DNA of 64,000 nt, taken from assembly GCF_009914755.1 (NCBI RefSeq), contig NC_060928.1; one strand, written 5' to 3'. The translations under genes and the position numbers were made by a program. The notes beneath the pieces are model-generated. The model searched no databases. It worked only from the letters and a program-made list of their open reading frames with translations, and had not been told where the DNA came from. Positions 32,520 through 46,570 of this stretch are shown here, in pieces. Every line of letters starts with the position of its first letter. Position 1 is the stretch's first letter. Origin of the DNA: the human T2T-CHM13v2.0 reference genome, Homo sapiens.

Positions 32520-35500
32520 GTGATTCAGGAGATGGCAAAACCCAATCCAAGGAAAGTAAGAATCACAATAAAGTCTTACAGGAGCTGGAGGACAAAATAG
32601 CCAGTATAAAAAAAGAACCTAATGGGTCTGACACAGCTGAATAAAACAATGTAAGAATTTCACAACGCAATCACAAGTATTAACAGGAGAATAAACCAAG
32701 ATGAGGAAAAAATATCAGAATTTGAAGACTGGTTCTATAAGACAGACAAAAATAAAGAAAAAAATAAAAAGGGAAGAACAAAACCTCAAAGAGAAGTATG
32801 GGATTATGTAAAGAGGCCAAATCTGAATCACTGGCATCCCAGAAAGCAAGAGGGAGAAAGCAAAAACTTGAAAAATATTTCAGGATATCATCCATGAAAA
32901 TGTCCCTAACCTTGCTACAGAGGCCAACAGTCAAAATCAAAAAAACTCAGAGAACTCCTGCAAGATTCTACACAAGAAGATCATCCCTGAGACACATTAT
33001 TGTCAGATTTTCCAAAGTCAAAATAAAGGAAAAACTGTTCAATGCAGCTAGAGAGAAAGGTCAGGTCACCTACAAAGGGAACCCCATCAGGCTAACAGCA
33101 GACCTCTCCACTGAAATCCTGCAAGCCAGAAGAGATTGGGGGCCTGTATTCCACATTCTTAAAGAAAAAAATCTTCAGCCAAGAATTTCAAATCCAGCTA
33201 TACTAAGCTTTCTAAGTGAAGGAGAAATAAGATCCTTTTCAGGTAAGCAAATGTTGAGGAAATTCATTACTACTAGAACTGCCTTACAAGAGATCTTGAA
33301 AGGACCACTAAATGTAGAAAGGAAAGGCCACTATCAACTAATATGAAAACACACTTAAACACACAGACCTGTGTCACTATAAAGCAACACACAAGCCAAC
33401 ATCATAAGCAGCTAACAGCACAATGACAGGATCAAATCCACACATATCAATACTAACCTTGAATGCAAATGGCCTAACTGCCCATTTAAAAGGAGCAGGT
33501 GACAAATGGTATAAAAAAGCAAGACCTAATTGTATGTTGTCTTCAAGAAACCCATCTCACGCATAATGAGACTCATGGGTTCAAAATAAAGAGATGTAGG
33601 AAAATATGCCAAGCAAGCAGAAAACAGAAAAAAGGAAGGCTTGCAATCCTAATTTCAGACAAAAGAGATTTCAAAACACAAAGATGAAAAAAGACAAAGA
33701 CATTAAATAATGGTAAAGAGTTCAATTCAACAAGATCTAATTATCCTAAATATTTATGCATCCAACACGAGGGCACCGAAATTCATAAAGTGAGTTTTTA
33801 GAGTTGTCCAAAGAGGCATAGACTCCCACACAATAATAGTGGGAGACTTCAACCCTTCACTGACAGTATTAGACTGATCATCAGGGCAGAAAATTAACAA
33901 AGATATTCAGGACCTAAACTCAACATTGGATAAAATGGATTTGATAGACCATTACAGAACTCTCCACCCCAAAACAGCAGAATATACATTCTTCTTAAAA
34001 CCACATGGCACATACTCTAAAATCAACCACATAATTGGACATAAAGCAATTTTCAAGAAATGTAAAAAATGGAAATCATATCAAACACACTCTTAGACCA
34101 AACAGCACTAAAAATAGAAGTGAATACTATGAAAATCACTCAAAACCATGCAATTACATGGAAATTAAACAACATGCTTCTGAATGACTTTTGGGTGAAA
34201 AATGAAATTAAGCCAGAAATCAGGAAGTTCTTTAAATATCACAGGAACAAAGATACAACATACTAGAATCTCTGGAACACAGCTAAGGCAGTGTTAAGAG
34301 GGAAATTCATAGTACTAAATGCCCATATCAAAAAGTTAGAAAGATTTCAAATTAACCACCTAACTTCACAAATGAAAGAATTAGAGAAGAAAAAAACGAA
34401 TAAACTCCGAAGCTAGTAGAAGATGAGAAATAACAAAAATCAGAGCTGAACTGAAGGAAATCAAGACATAAAAATTCATTCCAAATATCAAAAAATCCAG
34501 AAGTTGTTTTTTAGAAAACAATGAATAAAATAGATAAGCCACTAGCTAGACAAAAAAGAAAAGAGAGAAGACCCAAATAAATAGAATAAGAAATATTGAA
34601 AGGAATGTTACTACTGACCCCAGAGAAATAAAAACAACCATCAGGAACTACTATGAATACCTCTATGGACACAAACTAGAAAACCTAGAAGAGATGGATA
34701 AATTTCTGGACACATACACCCTCCTAAGACTGAGCCAGGAAGAAATTAATTCCCTGAACAGATCAATAATGAGCTCCAAAATGGAATCAGTAATGAATAG
34801 CCTACCAACCAAAAAAAGCCTGGGACCTGATGTATTCACAGGTGAATTCTACCAGATGCACAAAGAGGAGCTCATACCATTTCCACAGAAAGTATTCCAA
34901 AAAACTAAGTAAGAGGGATTTTCCCCAACTCATTTTATGAGGCCAGCATCATCTTGATACCAAAACCTGGCAGAGTCACAACAAAAAAAGAAAACTTCAG
35001 GCCAATATCCTTCACGAACATTAATGCAAAAATACTTAACAAAATACTTGCAAACTGAATTCAGCAGCACATCAAAAAGATAATCCACCATGATGAAGTA
35101 GCCTTCATGCCTGGGATGCAAGTTTGGTTCTACATTCGCAAATCAATAAATGTGATTCATCAAATAAACAGAAAGAAAAAAAAACACATGATTTTCTCAA
35201 TATATGTAGAAAAGGCTTTGATAAAATTCAACACTCCTTCATGTTAAAAACTCTCAATAAACTAGGTATTGAAGAAACATACCTCAAAATAATGAGAGCC
35301 ATCTATGGCAGACCCACAGCCAACATTTTACTGAATGGGCAAAAGCTAGAAGCATTCCCCCTGAAAACTGGCACAAGACAAAGATTTCCTCTCTCACCAT
35401 TTCTATTCAACATTTTATTGGAAGTCCTAGCCAGAGCAATCAGGCAAGAAAAATAAATAAAGGGCACCCAAATAGGAAGAGAGGAAGTCAAACTGTGTTT

Positions 35501-37465
35501 GTTTGCAGACAACATGATTCAATATCTAGAAAAGTCCATAGTCTTGGCCAAAAATCTCCTCCAGCTGATAAACAACTTCAGCACAGTTTAAGGATAGAAA
35601 ATCAATGTACAAAAATCAGTAGCATTTCTACATAACAACATCCAAGATGAGAGCTAAATCAAGAACACAATTCCATTCATAATAGTCACAAAAAGAATAA
35701 AATATCTAAGAGTATAGCTAACCAGGGAGGTGAAAGATCTCTACAATGAGAATTACAAAACACTGCTGAAAAAACTTCTGTCTTCTCTGAAGTTTTTGAG
35801 AAAAAAACTTCTTCCCATCCTCTTCCCATGAGGATGGGAAGAATCAATATCATTAACATGGTTATACTGCCTAAAGCAATTTATAGATTCAATGCTATTC
35901 CTTCAAACTACTCACAACATTTTTAACAGAATTGGAAAAACCTATTTTACAATTCATATGGAACTAAAAAAGAGCCCAAAGAGCCAAGGCACTCCTAAGA
36001 AAAGAGAACAAAGCTGGAGGCATTATGTTACCTGACTTCAAACTATATTACAAGGCTACATTTACCAAACAGCAAAGTACTGGTAAAAAAAAAAAAAAAA
36101 AGCACATAGACCAATGGAACAGGATAGAGAACCCAGAAATAATGCCACACATCTATGACCATCTGATCTTCAACAAATCTGACAAAGATATGCAATCGGG
36201 AAAAGATTGCCTATTCAATAAATGATGCTGGGATAAATAGCTAGCCATATGCAGAAGATTGAACTGGACCCCTTCCTTAAGCCATACTAAAAAATAAACA
36301 CAAGTTGTATTAAAGACTTAAGTGTAAAACCCAAAACTATATAAACCCTGGAAGACAACCTAGGCAATACCATCTTGAACATAGGAATGGGCAAAGATTT
36401 CATGACAAAGACACCAAAAGCAATTACAACGAAAGCAGAAACTTACAAATGGGATCTAATTAAATGTAAGAGCTTCTGCACAACAAAAGAAACTATCAAC
36501 AGAGTAAACAGACAACCTAGTGAATGGGAGAACATATTTGCAAACTACGCACCTGACAAAGGTCTAATATCAAACATTTATAAGGAATTTAAACTAATTT
36601 ACAAGAGAAAAACTAACAGCCCCATTAAAAAGTGGGCAAAGGACGTGAACAGACATATCTCAAAAGAAGACATACATGTGGCCAACAAGCATATGAAAAA
36701 AAGCTCAGTATCACTGATCATTAGACAAATGCAAATCAAAACCACAATGAGATACCATCTCACACCAGTCAGAATGGTGATTATTAAAAAGTCAAAAAAT
36801 AAAAGATGCTGGCAAGTTTGCAGAGAAAAGGGAACACTTATACAATGTTGGGAGTGTAAATTAGTTCAACCATTGTGGAAAGCACTATGGCAATTCCTCA
36901 AAGAGCTAAAAGTAGAATTACCATCTGGCCCAGCCATCCCGTTACTGGGTATATACCCAGAGGAATATAAATCATTTTACCATAAAGACACATGCACATG
37001 AATGTTCATTGCAGCACTATTCACAATAGCAAGGCATGCATTCAACCTAAATGTTCATCAATGACAGGTTGGATAAAGAAAATCTGGCACATATACACCA
37101 TGGAATACTATGCAGCCATAAAAAAGAATGAGATAATGTTTTTTACAGAAGCATGGATGGAGCTGGAAGCTATTATCATTAGCAAATTACTGCAGGAACA
37201 GAAAATCAAATACCACATGTTCTCACTTGTAAGTAGGAGCTAAATGCTAAGAACTTATGAACACAAAGAAGGAAACAACAGATAATGGGGCCTACATGAG
37301 TGGGTAGGGTGGGAGGAGGGAAAGGAGCAGAAAAGATAACTGTTGGGTACTGGGCTTAATACTTTGGTAATGAAATAATATGTACAACAAACCCACGTGA
37401 CATGTGTCTACCTATGTAATAAACCTTCACATTTACCTCCAGACCCAAAATAAGAGTCAAAAAAT
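32520..37465 (+). mobile_element. 5'-truncated old L1 (old L1PA/L1PB class), ORF1 to 3'UTR, inactive
   Basis: ORF1 RRM/CTD 32798..33346 (RHIIVRFSKV), ORF2 start atgacaggatcaaat ~33423, RT and C-terminal fragments, 3'UTR; many stops. Confidence 0.95.
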
Positions 37466-38607
37466 GAAAGTTGGAAGAGTTGCATGCCAAGGTGTTGACA
37501 ATAATTATACAGGGGCAATGAAATTATGATTACTCCTTTTTCTTCTTTAGTTATTTTCTGTATTTTTTCAAAATATCCACAAAACAACTTGTATCATTTT
37601 TGAAATCAGAAATAAATACCTAAATAATAGAATAGAGAATAATTAAAATCCAGTTTTGAAAGCAGTACTTTGCCAAGCATCTTCCTTGACTAGTCTCTGC
37701 TATCTGTTTTAAGTGACAATTTAGAAATTGTTTCTATATTACCATCTCTTAGTGCTGGATCTGTCACACTATCTCAGATAGTTTCATATTTAGACCAGAA
37801 TGATGCATGGGGTGGTTTAAACCTAGCACCCATTTTCTTCCAGAAGCAATAGAACTGCTGTGGGTACAAATGATGGTCAAACACTACACATTATTCTATG
37901 GAAAGAGGCCAAATTCTAAAGAGTAATGGTTCCAGGTAATGGTTTTTTGGAGGAACTATGATTTCTCTTGCCTAAAGAGAATAAGAGAAAGGCAAATTAC
38001 ATGCTACATGATAGGTTTTTTACAGATAACTCTCAATTATCCATGCAATGTTGCATCCATTGCCAGAAGGAAGGTTAACACCCTAAACCTGCTGGGCCCC
38101 TGAGCTCTGGGCAGTGCAATCTCTGTGCAGACAGCTGTGCACTGTTCCCTCAACCAGTACCTCCACCCACTTTGCTATTCATAAAATGTAAAGAGAAGTG
38201 CTAGAGATGAGGTTTGAAGTGGCCCCATTTCATGTCTCTGTGTAGAAATGTTCCTTCCATTGTCCATCAATCCGAGAGGATCTAGACTTGGTTTTATACA
38301 TTCATTTTAAGAGTATTTATTGATATGTGCTAGACCATGCTCTAGGTATTGCAGCTATGGCAGTTTTTTTTTAATGAAAATTATTGCCCACCATGGAGCT
38401 TGCATTCTAGATTCCTTTAATAAGGAGCTAGCAGGATTTTCTACACTCACTACCTCACTCCTCAGCCCATTCTCTTCCCAATGCTCAATCTTTTCCTTTA
38501 AAACTTCTCCAAGGCTAAAAAACTCATCATAAAACAAGTCCTTGAAGCATAGATGATTGAGTATGATAGACCTTTAAAAAGGAGGCTTATGATTCTTCTC
38601 TTCTTTG

Positions 38608-38664
38608 TAAGAGGAGCAAAGGTTTCCTGGTGTTGTTCATAAGAGGAGCAAAGGTTTCCTGGTG
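38608..38664. repeat. Short tandem duplication, 32-bp period
   Basis: taagaggagcaaaggtttcctggtg occurs twice. Confidence 0.85.
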
Positions 38665-39399
38665 ATGGAACAAACGAGTCAATGTTTTCTTTCATTAAGC
38701 CAAGTTTGAGACATTGATGCACATAATTCCTGCTCTTCCTGGGTAAAGGGCTAAAGAGGATTTAAAAGCTCTTCCCTTCAACAGAAACAGCAACAAAAGA
38801 AACCCAGTTCAATTGGGATGTTTCTGGGACAGAGAGATGCATAGAGATTTTTTGACGGAGCACAATAGAAAATAGTTTAGAAAGGCAGTAAGGCAGGGTG
38901 AGCCCTCATGCCAGAAGCATTGACATGGCCTCCTATACACATGGCAGCTTTGACTTCACGTTTTCAAACACAGAGTATCTATAGCAAGTTTGTAAGGGAA
39001 AATGAGTAGCTATTTTCTGGTCCTTTAGAAAATGACTCCAGAAGGCATTCTTGCCCTTTGCTGAAAAGAACCTTCTCCATTCCTAGGGGAAAGTATATTC
39101 TTTCCCAGCTGGAAGCAGAATGTATTTTCATTCTCCAGCTCCTACTTTCTTGTGTGAGATAAGGATGAAGACCTGGAATGTTTTCTCCATCCAAAGCCTG
39201 CTCTATGTCACTGCTGCTGGGTCACTAACAGGCATTCAGATAAATGTCACCAAAACTTCCCAAATGCTGCTGGTTATACATCAACTGTTTTAAAATAAAA
39301 CTGACCCTAGCTTTCTTTTATTAAAAATAAATAGTTGAATGGTTTTTGTCAATGCTTGATTATTTTATACAAGTTTTTCTAAATAAGTAATCAAATTGC

Positions 39400-40111
39400 A
39401 AATACTTTAAATATTTTAAGAATAAAGTTACACAAATAATTCAGTATGCTATAGATATGATTTGACTCATTTTAGATATTAGATGCCACATATCAGTAAA
39501 ACCAAATGATAAGAGTGAAAGGGATATGATAACTGTTAAAACTTCAGTGAATAATACACACACACACACAAAGAAAAATTCTCATGAGGTTGTTGTATTC
39601 CCCAGAAAAGACAATGGTGGCATGGACTCCAGAATTTGCAGTTCCACAAATTTGGTAAAAATGATGACCCTCAATGCCTTTGAAATATCTCAATAATGAG
39701 CTTGTAGTCATTCACTTTCAACTAGATCATGCTTCATGTCTTTTAATGGCATTGTGTCTTTGTAAAGTTGGGTTGTCAGAGGTTTCTGTGATAAAAAGAA
39801 AGTATTATACTAAAATTAATGTGAAACAGAGCATGACGGTTGGCGATGTTCCACTAGATTCCAAGCATGACCAGTTGTACAGGGTCTAACAGACATGCAC
39901 ATCCCATTCATCCATAATTCTGGCTAAAAATAAAAGAAAAATATTACTTTTTTTCCAATATACATTTTTTTCATGTGGCTACTGAGTTATTATGATATGA
40001 ATACTTATTAAGTTGTGTAGACACAACTACCTAAGAAATGAAACTGTCAGATATTTCTTCTGATCTGGGTATGCGATGGGAAAAACAGCAAGAAACCAAC
40101 GGCACTGTGGA
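39400..40111 (+). mobile_element. hAT/Charlie DNA transposon remnant
   Basis: ORF 39674 'LCKVGLSEVSVIKRKYYTKINVK' resembles the hAT dimerisation motif (LCExGFS..IKxKYRxKINVE); right TIR-like tttgggaacctctg; left edge uncertain. Confidence 0.6.
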
Positions 40112-41496
40112 AAGAGATTTGGGAACCTCTGACTTAGTGTTTTGTCAGTGCTGAATGAAATACGGGAACATAAACTTTTGAATTTTTAATTTTTGTGGAT
40201 ACATAATAGGCGTATAATTTTAACATAAGCTCTCTAGGGAAGGATGGGAAGGCCTGAGGAGTCTTATGGATGGAAAAAAATAAAGGAGGCAAGAGATTTA
40301 AGTTTCTAAGGAGATCAAAGTGCAGTTGCAGCCGGAATATTGGAGCAAGAAAGTGAAAATATAAAGATTGTACTCAGGGTAAGAGCTGGCTGAATTTAGA
40401 TTTTAAAAGTGGAGCAGTTAGGAATGGCACCATGAGAGTGACTGATTCCTTTAAGCTCAGCATACGTCAAAACTAACCCATAATTCCTATACCCCAAACC
40501 TACTCATCCCCAGTAGCCTTTCAGGAAATGCTAATATCAACCACTCAGTTGGATAAACCAGATGCTAGAAAGTCAGCCTTGTCACCTTCCTGTCTTTTAC
40601 TTGTCATGCCTTAGCAATGACCACATTGCAGTTACTCAGCCTCCTTTATATCTCTTGAATTGTTAACTCACATCCATTTTCTTCCATTGCCCCTGGTCTA
40701 AGCTATGGGGAAGAAAAGTATCTTAAGACAAACTGAAATGAGAAAAGGTTGTGAATTAAAAAGAAAACTAAGAGAGCTCCCTAGGGCATCTAACAAAGAG
40801 AAAACATCAAGGAGGAAGGCCAGCCCAGTATTGGTTGCTGACCAAGACAGGGATGCAAAGTACCTATTGGGTTCAGGTATAAGGAGATTGCTGAGGGTGG
40901 ATGGACAAGGAGTTTTCACAGGAATTATGAGGGGAAAGAGATTCTCCTGAGCTGAGGAGTGAATTCAAAAAGAAAATCAAGCACAGTGAATCACTGGAGA
41001 CATCAAGAGTAAAAATAATTCTTACAACAAGCTTGATAGAGGTAGTATAGTATATCTTTTCTGACAGAAGATATGCCATCAGGGAAAATTTTCACTTTTG
41101 TTTTTGTGGGTTTTTTTTTGTTTGTTAATTTTTGTGTATCTGAAGAGGAAGGTCTTGAGTATATTTCAATCAATAAAAAAGTTAAAAAAATGATCAGGTG
41201 TAATTTAGGAAGACAGATTCAAGAGGAGGTAGAATTGGCCAACAAGAGAGAGATATCACTTGGATTATGACAGGAAGGAAAAAAATAAATGAGTACGTGT
41301 TTAAGCTGTAAATATCACGTACTTGTCTGAAATTTACACAGAAGTTATAAGTAACATTCTTCAGAATGCTTATCTTTCTCTCATAACTGAGTTAATGGGG
41401 ATGTCTGTGTAATATTAAACATGATACTGGCTTTTGAATTGAATATATATATGTGTATATATACGTGTGTGTATATATATATATCAGTTATATATT

Positions 41497-41793
41497 TGTT
41501 GTTTTGTTGTTGTTGAGATGGAGTCTCACTCTGTCACCCAGGCTGGAGTATAGTGGCGCAGTCTCAACTCACTGCAAAATCTGCCTCCTGGGTTCAAGGG
41601 ATTCTCATGCCTCAGGCTTCCAAGTAGCTGGGACTACAGGCATCTGCCACCACACCTAGCTAGTTTTGTATTTTTAGTAGAGACAGTGTTTTGCCATGTT
41701 GGCCAGGCTGGTCTTGAACTCCTGACCTCAAATGATCCGCCTGCCTCAGCCTCCCAAAGTGCTGGGATTACAGGTGTGTGCCACCATGCCCAA
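41497..41793 (-). mobile_element. AluS
   Basis: Antisense Alu dimer with (TTG)n tail. Confidence 0.95.
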
Positions 41794-42239
41794 TATATCT
41801 TGAACAAATTAGATATATTGATACAGATATGACATGTTTGTTCATAGCTCTGTTATCGTATATTGTTCTTATTATCGATAATGTTTTCTCTTACTAAACA
41901 GTCTTTCATTGTATCATTTATCTTTTCTTTAACAGTATTTTCTTTTTGAGAAGGGCAAATTTTATGATCTAGATTTTTAACTACCCTAGTGATATGTATA
42001 AGTTTATATAATAAAATTATGCCTTTATATCTTGATCTATCAACTACGCATTGTGTCTATTGAGTCGTCACAATGAAACACGAGACAATTAGAACACATA
42101 GACATCCACCCAAATTCAGCCTTCACATTGCTCCCAATTTTTTTTGGTTATAGCATTGTTCCTTTTACTTCCAGATTCTAATTTTACATATTTCAATGAT
42201 AAGTGTAATGTAATATTAATTTGAAAATGTGGACTCTTT

Positions 42240-45200
42240 TTTTATTAATAGACTATTTTTATATCAGTTTTAGGTTTACCAAAAAAAAAAAAAAACTGTT
42301 AAGAAATTACAGGGAGTCTCCATAGACCTAATTTACCCCACCCCCAACCCACATATAGTTTCACCTATTATTAATGTCTTGCATAGTACAGTGCATGTGC
42401 TATATCTATTTATACTAGAATTCACTCTTTTTGTTGTAAATTCTATGGAGTTTGACAAATGCATGTTTTTAAGCTATAAATATCACTATTTGCCTAAAAT
42501 TTACACAGAAGTTATAAGTAATGTTACTCATAATGCTTTTTTTTTCCCTCGTTACTGAGTTAATGGGGATGTTGGTATAATATTAAACATGATACTGGCT
42601 TTTGGGCTGATTAGATATATCTAATGGTAATACTGTTATGGTGGCTTTTGGGCTGATTAGATAGAGATAAAAAAATCTCTAAAAACCTACAGTCATTCAA
42701 TGCCAGCCTGTGAAAACAGCTGCAGGGTACAAGCTAATTAGCACCAAAGCCACCATTACAGTATCATGAAGAATTTTTCACTGCTCTAAAACTCCCCTGT
42801 GCTCCAACAATTCATCTCTCCCCGCTTCCCCAAACCCCTGGCAACCACTGATCTTTTCACTATTTCTAGTTTTGCCTCTTCCAGAATGTTATATAGGAAT
42901 CATGCTGTATATAGCCTCTTCTGATATTAATTTAAAATTTCACTTGTCAATTGCTGGTATACAGGAAAGCAAATGACTTTTGCATATTAACTTTGTATCC
43001 TGAAATCTTTTTATGATCACTTATTAGGTCCACGAGTTTTTTTTTTTATTCTTTCAGATTTTCTACTAGATAACTTGTTCATTTCAAAGAAAGTTTTGTT
43101 TCTTCTCCATATGTTTCCCCTTTATTTATTTCTCTTATTTTATTACAGTAGCTATGTTTTCTAGTACAATGTTGAATAAGAGTGGTGAGAGTGGACATCC
43201 TTGTCTTGTAACCAAAGATAGGTTGAAAGCATCTGGTTTCTAACCATAAAGTATAATATTAGCACTTTTTTTGGTAAATATTCTTTTGTCAAGTTGAACG
43301 AGTTTCCTTCTATTTCCAATTTGTTGAGAGTTTTTTTTTTATCATGAATGAGTATTGAATTATGCAGGTACGTTGCCGCATCTACTGACATAATAATATA
43401 ATTTTTCTTCTTTAGCCTTTTGATGCAATATATTGTATAAATTGATTTTTGAGTGTGGAACCAGACTTGCATATCTGGAATAAATCCCACTTGGTTGCAA
43501 TTACAATTTAAAATCCTTTTTATACATTGTTAGAATTAATTTGTGAATATTTTGTTAAGAATTTTTGCATTTATGTTCATGAAAGATAGTGGTTTGTATT
43601 AGTCCATCCTTGCACTTCTATAAAGAACTACCTGAGACTGGGTAATTTATAAAGAAAAGAAATTTAATTGACTCACATTTCCACAGGATGCACAGGAAGC
43701 ATGGCTGGGGAGGCCTCAGGAAACACAATCCTGGCAGAAGGTGAAAGGGAAGAAGGCACATCCTACATGGCTGGAGCAGAAAGAAGGGACTGAAGTGGGA
43801 GATGCTACATGCTTATAAACAACCCGATCTCCTGGGAACTCACTCACTATCACTAGAACAGCAAGGGGGACATCCACCCCATGATTCGATCACCTCCCAT
43901 CAGCCCCCTCATCCAACACTGGATTACAATTCAACATGAGATTTGGGTGGAGACAAAAATCCAAGTCACATTATTTTGCCCCTGGCCCCTCTCAAATCTC
44001 ATGCCTTTCTCACATTGCAAAATATAACCATACCTTCCAACAGTACCCCAAAGTCTTAACTCATTCCAGCATGTAACTCAAAAGTTCAAAATCTCATCTG
44101 AAACAAGTCTAGTCCCTTCTTTCTATAAGCCTGTAAAATCAAAAAGAAGTTCGTTACTTCTAATATACAATGGGGGTTCAGGCATTGCATACATGTTCCC
44201 ATTCCAAATGGGAGAAATTGGCCAAAAAAAAAAAAAAAAGGATGAAAGACTCCATGATAGTCTGAAACCCAGCAGCTCACTCATTAAGTATGGAAGCTCC
44301 AAAATATGTTCTTTGACTCTATGTCTCACATCCAGGGCATGCTGATGCAAGGGGTGGGTTCCCAGGGCTTTGGGCAACTCTGCCCCTTTGGCTCTGCAGG
44401 GTGCAACCCCTGCAGCTGCTTTCACAGGCTGGCATTGAATGACTGCAGCTTTTCCAGGTACACGGTGCAACCTGTCAGTCAATCTACTATTCTGGGCTCT
44501 GGAGAATGGTTGCCCTCTTCTCACAGCTCTACTAGGCAGTGCCCCAGTGGTGACTCTGTGTGGAGGCTCCAACCACACATTTCCCTTTTGCACTGCCCTA
44601 GTAGAGGTTCTCCATGAGAGCTCCATCCTTGCAGCAAACTTCTGCCAGACATCCAGATATTTCCATACATCCTCTGAAATCTAGGTAGATGTTAAGCCTC
44701 AACTCTTGCCCTCTGTGCACCCACAGGCTCAATACCACATGGAAGCTACCAAGGCTAACAGCTTGCACCCTCTGGAGCAGTGGCCTAAGATATTTCTGGG
44801 GCCCTTTTGGCCACAGTTGGAGCTGGAGTGGCTGGGATGCAGGGAGCAGTGTCCCAAGGTTGCACAGGGCAGCAGGGCCCTGGGCCCAGCCCATGAAATC
44901 ATTCTTTTCTCTTAGGCTTCCAGGCCTGTCATGGGAGGGGCTGCTGTGAAGGTCTCTGAAATGCCTTTGTGGCATTTTCCCCATTGTTTTGGGTATTCAC
45001 ATTTGACTCCTCTTTACTTATGCGAATTTCTGCAGTTGGTGGCTTAAACTCCTCTCAAGAAAATGGGTTTTTCTTTTCCACCACTTGGACAGGCTGCAGA
45101 TTTTCTAAACTTGTATGTTCTTCATTCCTTTTAAATGTTAAGTTCCAGTTTCAGGTACTTTATTTGCTCAAACATATGACCATACACTGTTGGAAACAGT

Positions 45201-46570
45201 GTAGTCACATCTTGAATGCTTTGCTGCTTAGAAATTTCTTCTGCCAGACACCCTAAATCATCACTGTCAAGTTTAAAGTTCCACAGAGCCCTAAAGCAAA
45301 GGCTCAATGCTGCCAGTCTCTTTGCCAAAGCATAGTAAGAGTGACCTTTACTTCAGTTCCCGGTAAGTTTCTCACCTCCATCTGAAACCACCTCAGCCTG
45401 GACTTCATTGTCCATGTCACTATCAACATTTCAGTCACAACAATTTAACAAGTCTCTAGAAATTTCCAAACTTTCCCTCATATTCCTGTCTTCTTCTTAG
45501 CCCTCCGAACTGTTCTAACCTCTGCCTGTTACCCAGTTTGCATGTTGCTTCTATGTTTTCAGGTAGCTTTATAGCAATACCCCACTCCTGGTACCAATTT
45601 TCCCACACTGTTATAAAGAACTACCTGAGACTGGGTAATTTATTTTTAAAAAATGGTTTAATTAGCTCATGGTTCCACAGGCTGTACAGAAAGCATTACT
45701 TGGGAGGTCTCAGGAAACTTATAATCATGACAGAAAGTGAAGGTGGGGAAGGCATCTCCTACATGGCTGGAGCAGGAGGAAGAGAGCAAAGTGGGAGCTG
45801 CTACACACTTTCAAACAACCAGATCTTGTGAGAACTCACTCACTATAACAAGAACAGCAAGGGGGAAATCTGCTCCCATCTTCCAGTCACCTCCCACCAG
45901 GCCCTTCTTCCAACATTGGATTACAACTGAACATGAGATTTGGGCAGGGACACAAAAACAAACCATATCATGGTCTATAATTTCCTTTTTTGTAACATTT
46001 TTGTCTAGCTTTGGTATTAGATGAATGCTAGCCACACGGGAAAAGTTAAGAAGTGTTTCCTCAGATTCTGTTTTCTGGAAGGAATTGCAGACTATTGGTA
46101 TGATTTGTTCCTTAAATATTTGGTAGAATCCACCATTGAAACCACCTGAGCCCAGCACTTTCAGTTTTAGAAAGTTATTAGTTAATAATTCAAATTTTAA
46201 GTCACTATAAGCCTAAACAGATTATTTATGTTTTGATAGATATTATTTTTTCAAATAGTTAAACTTTTCCTCTAAGTTATCAAATTAGTGGGCTTAGAGA
46301 TCTCCCCGAAATTCTTTTATTATTTTTCTAATATCCGTTGGATCAGAATGGTCCCTTTTTCATTTCTGTTAGTAATTTGTATCTTCTTTTATTTTTTCTT
46401 AGACTGGCTGCAAGTTTATAAATTTTACTGATCTTTGCATAGAGGCAGCTTTTGGTTTTGTTGATTTTCTCCATTGATTTCTTGTTTCTAATTTTATTGA
46501 TTTCTGCTCTAATTTTTACTAGTTTATATCTTTTACTTTGAATTTAACTTATTCTTCTTTTCTAGTTCCA
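42240..46570 (-). mobile_element. L1MC-class element(s) interrupted by a templated insertion and an MST provirus
   Basis: L1MC 3'UTR ('ccctggcaaccactgatctttt') then antisense ORF2 (43161..43490); continues after 45971. Confidence 0.8.
43595..45970 (-). mobile_element. MaLR provirus LTR-int-LTR (MSTA-like)
   Basis: Two direct LTRs (~43595-43972 and ~45600-45970) around a ~1.6 kb internal region; TSD tggtt/tggtc; internal ORF remnant 44123..44626. Confidence 0.9.
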
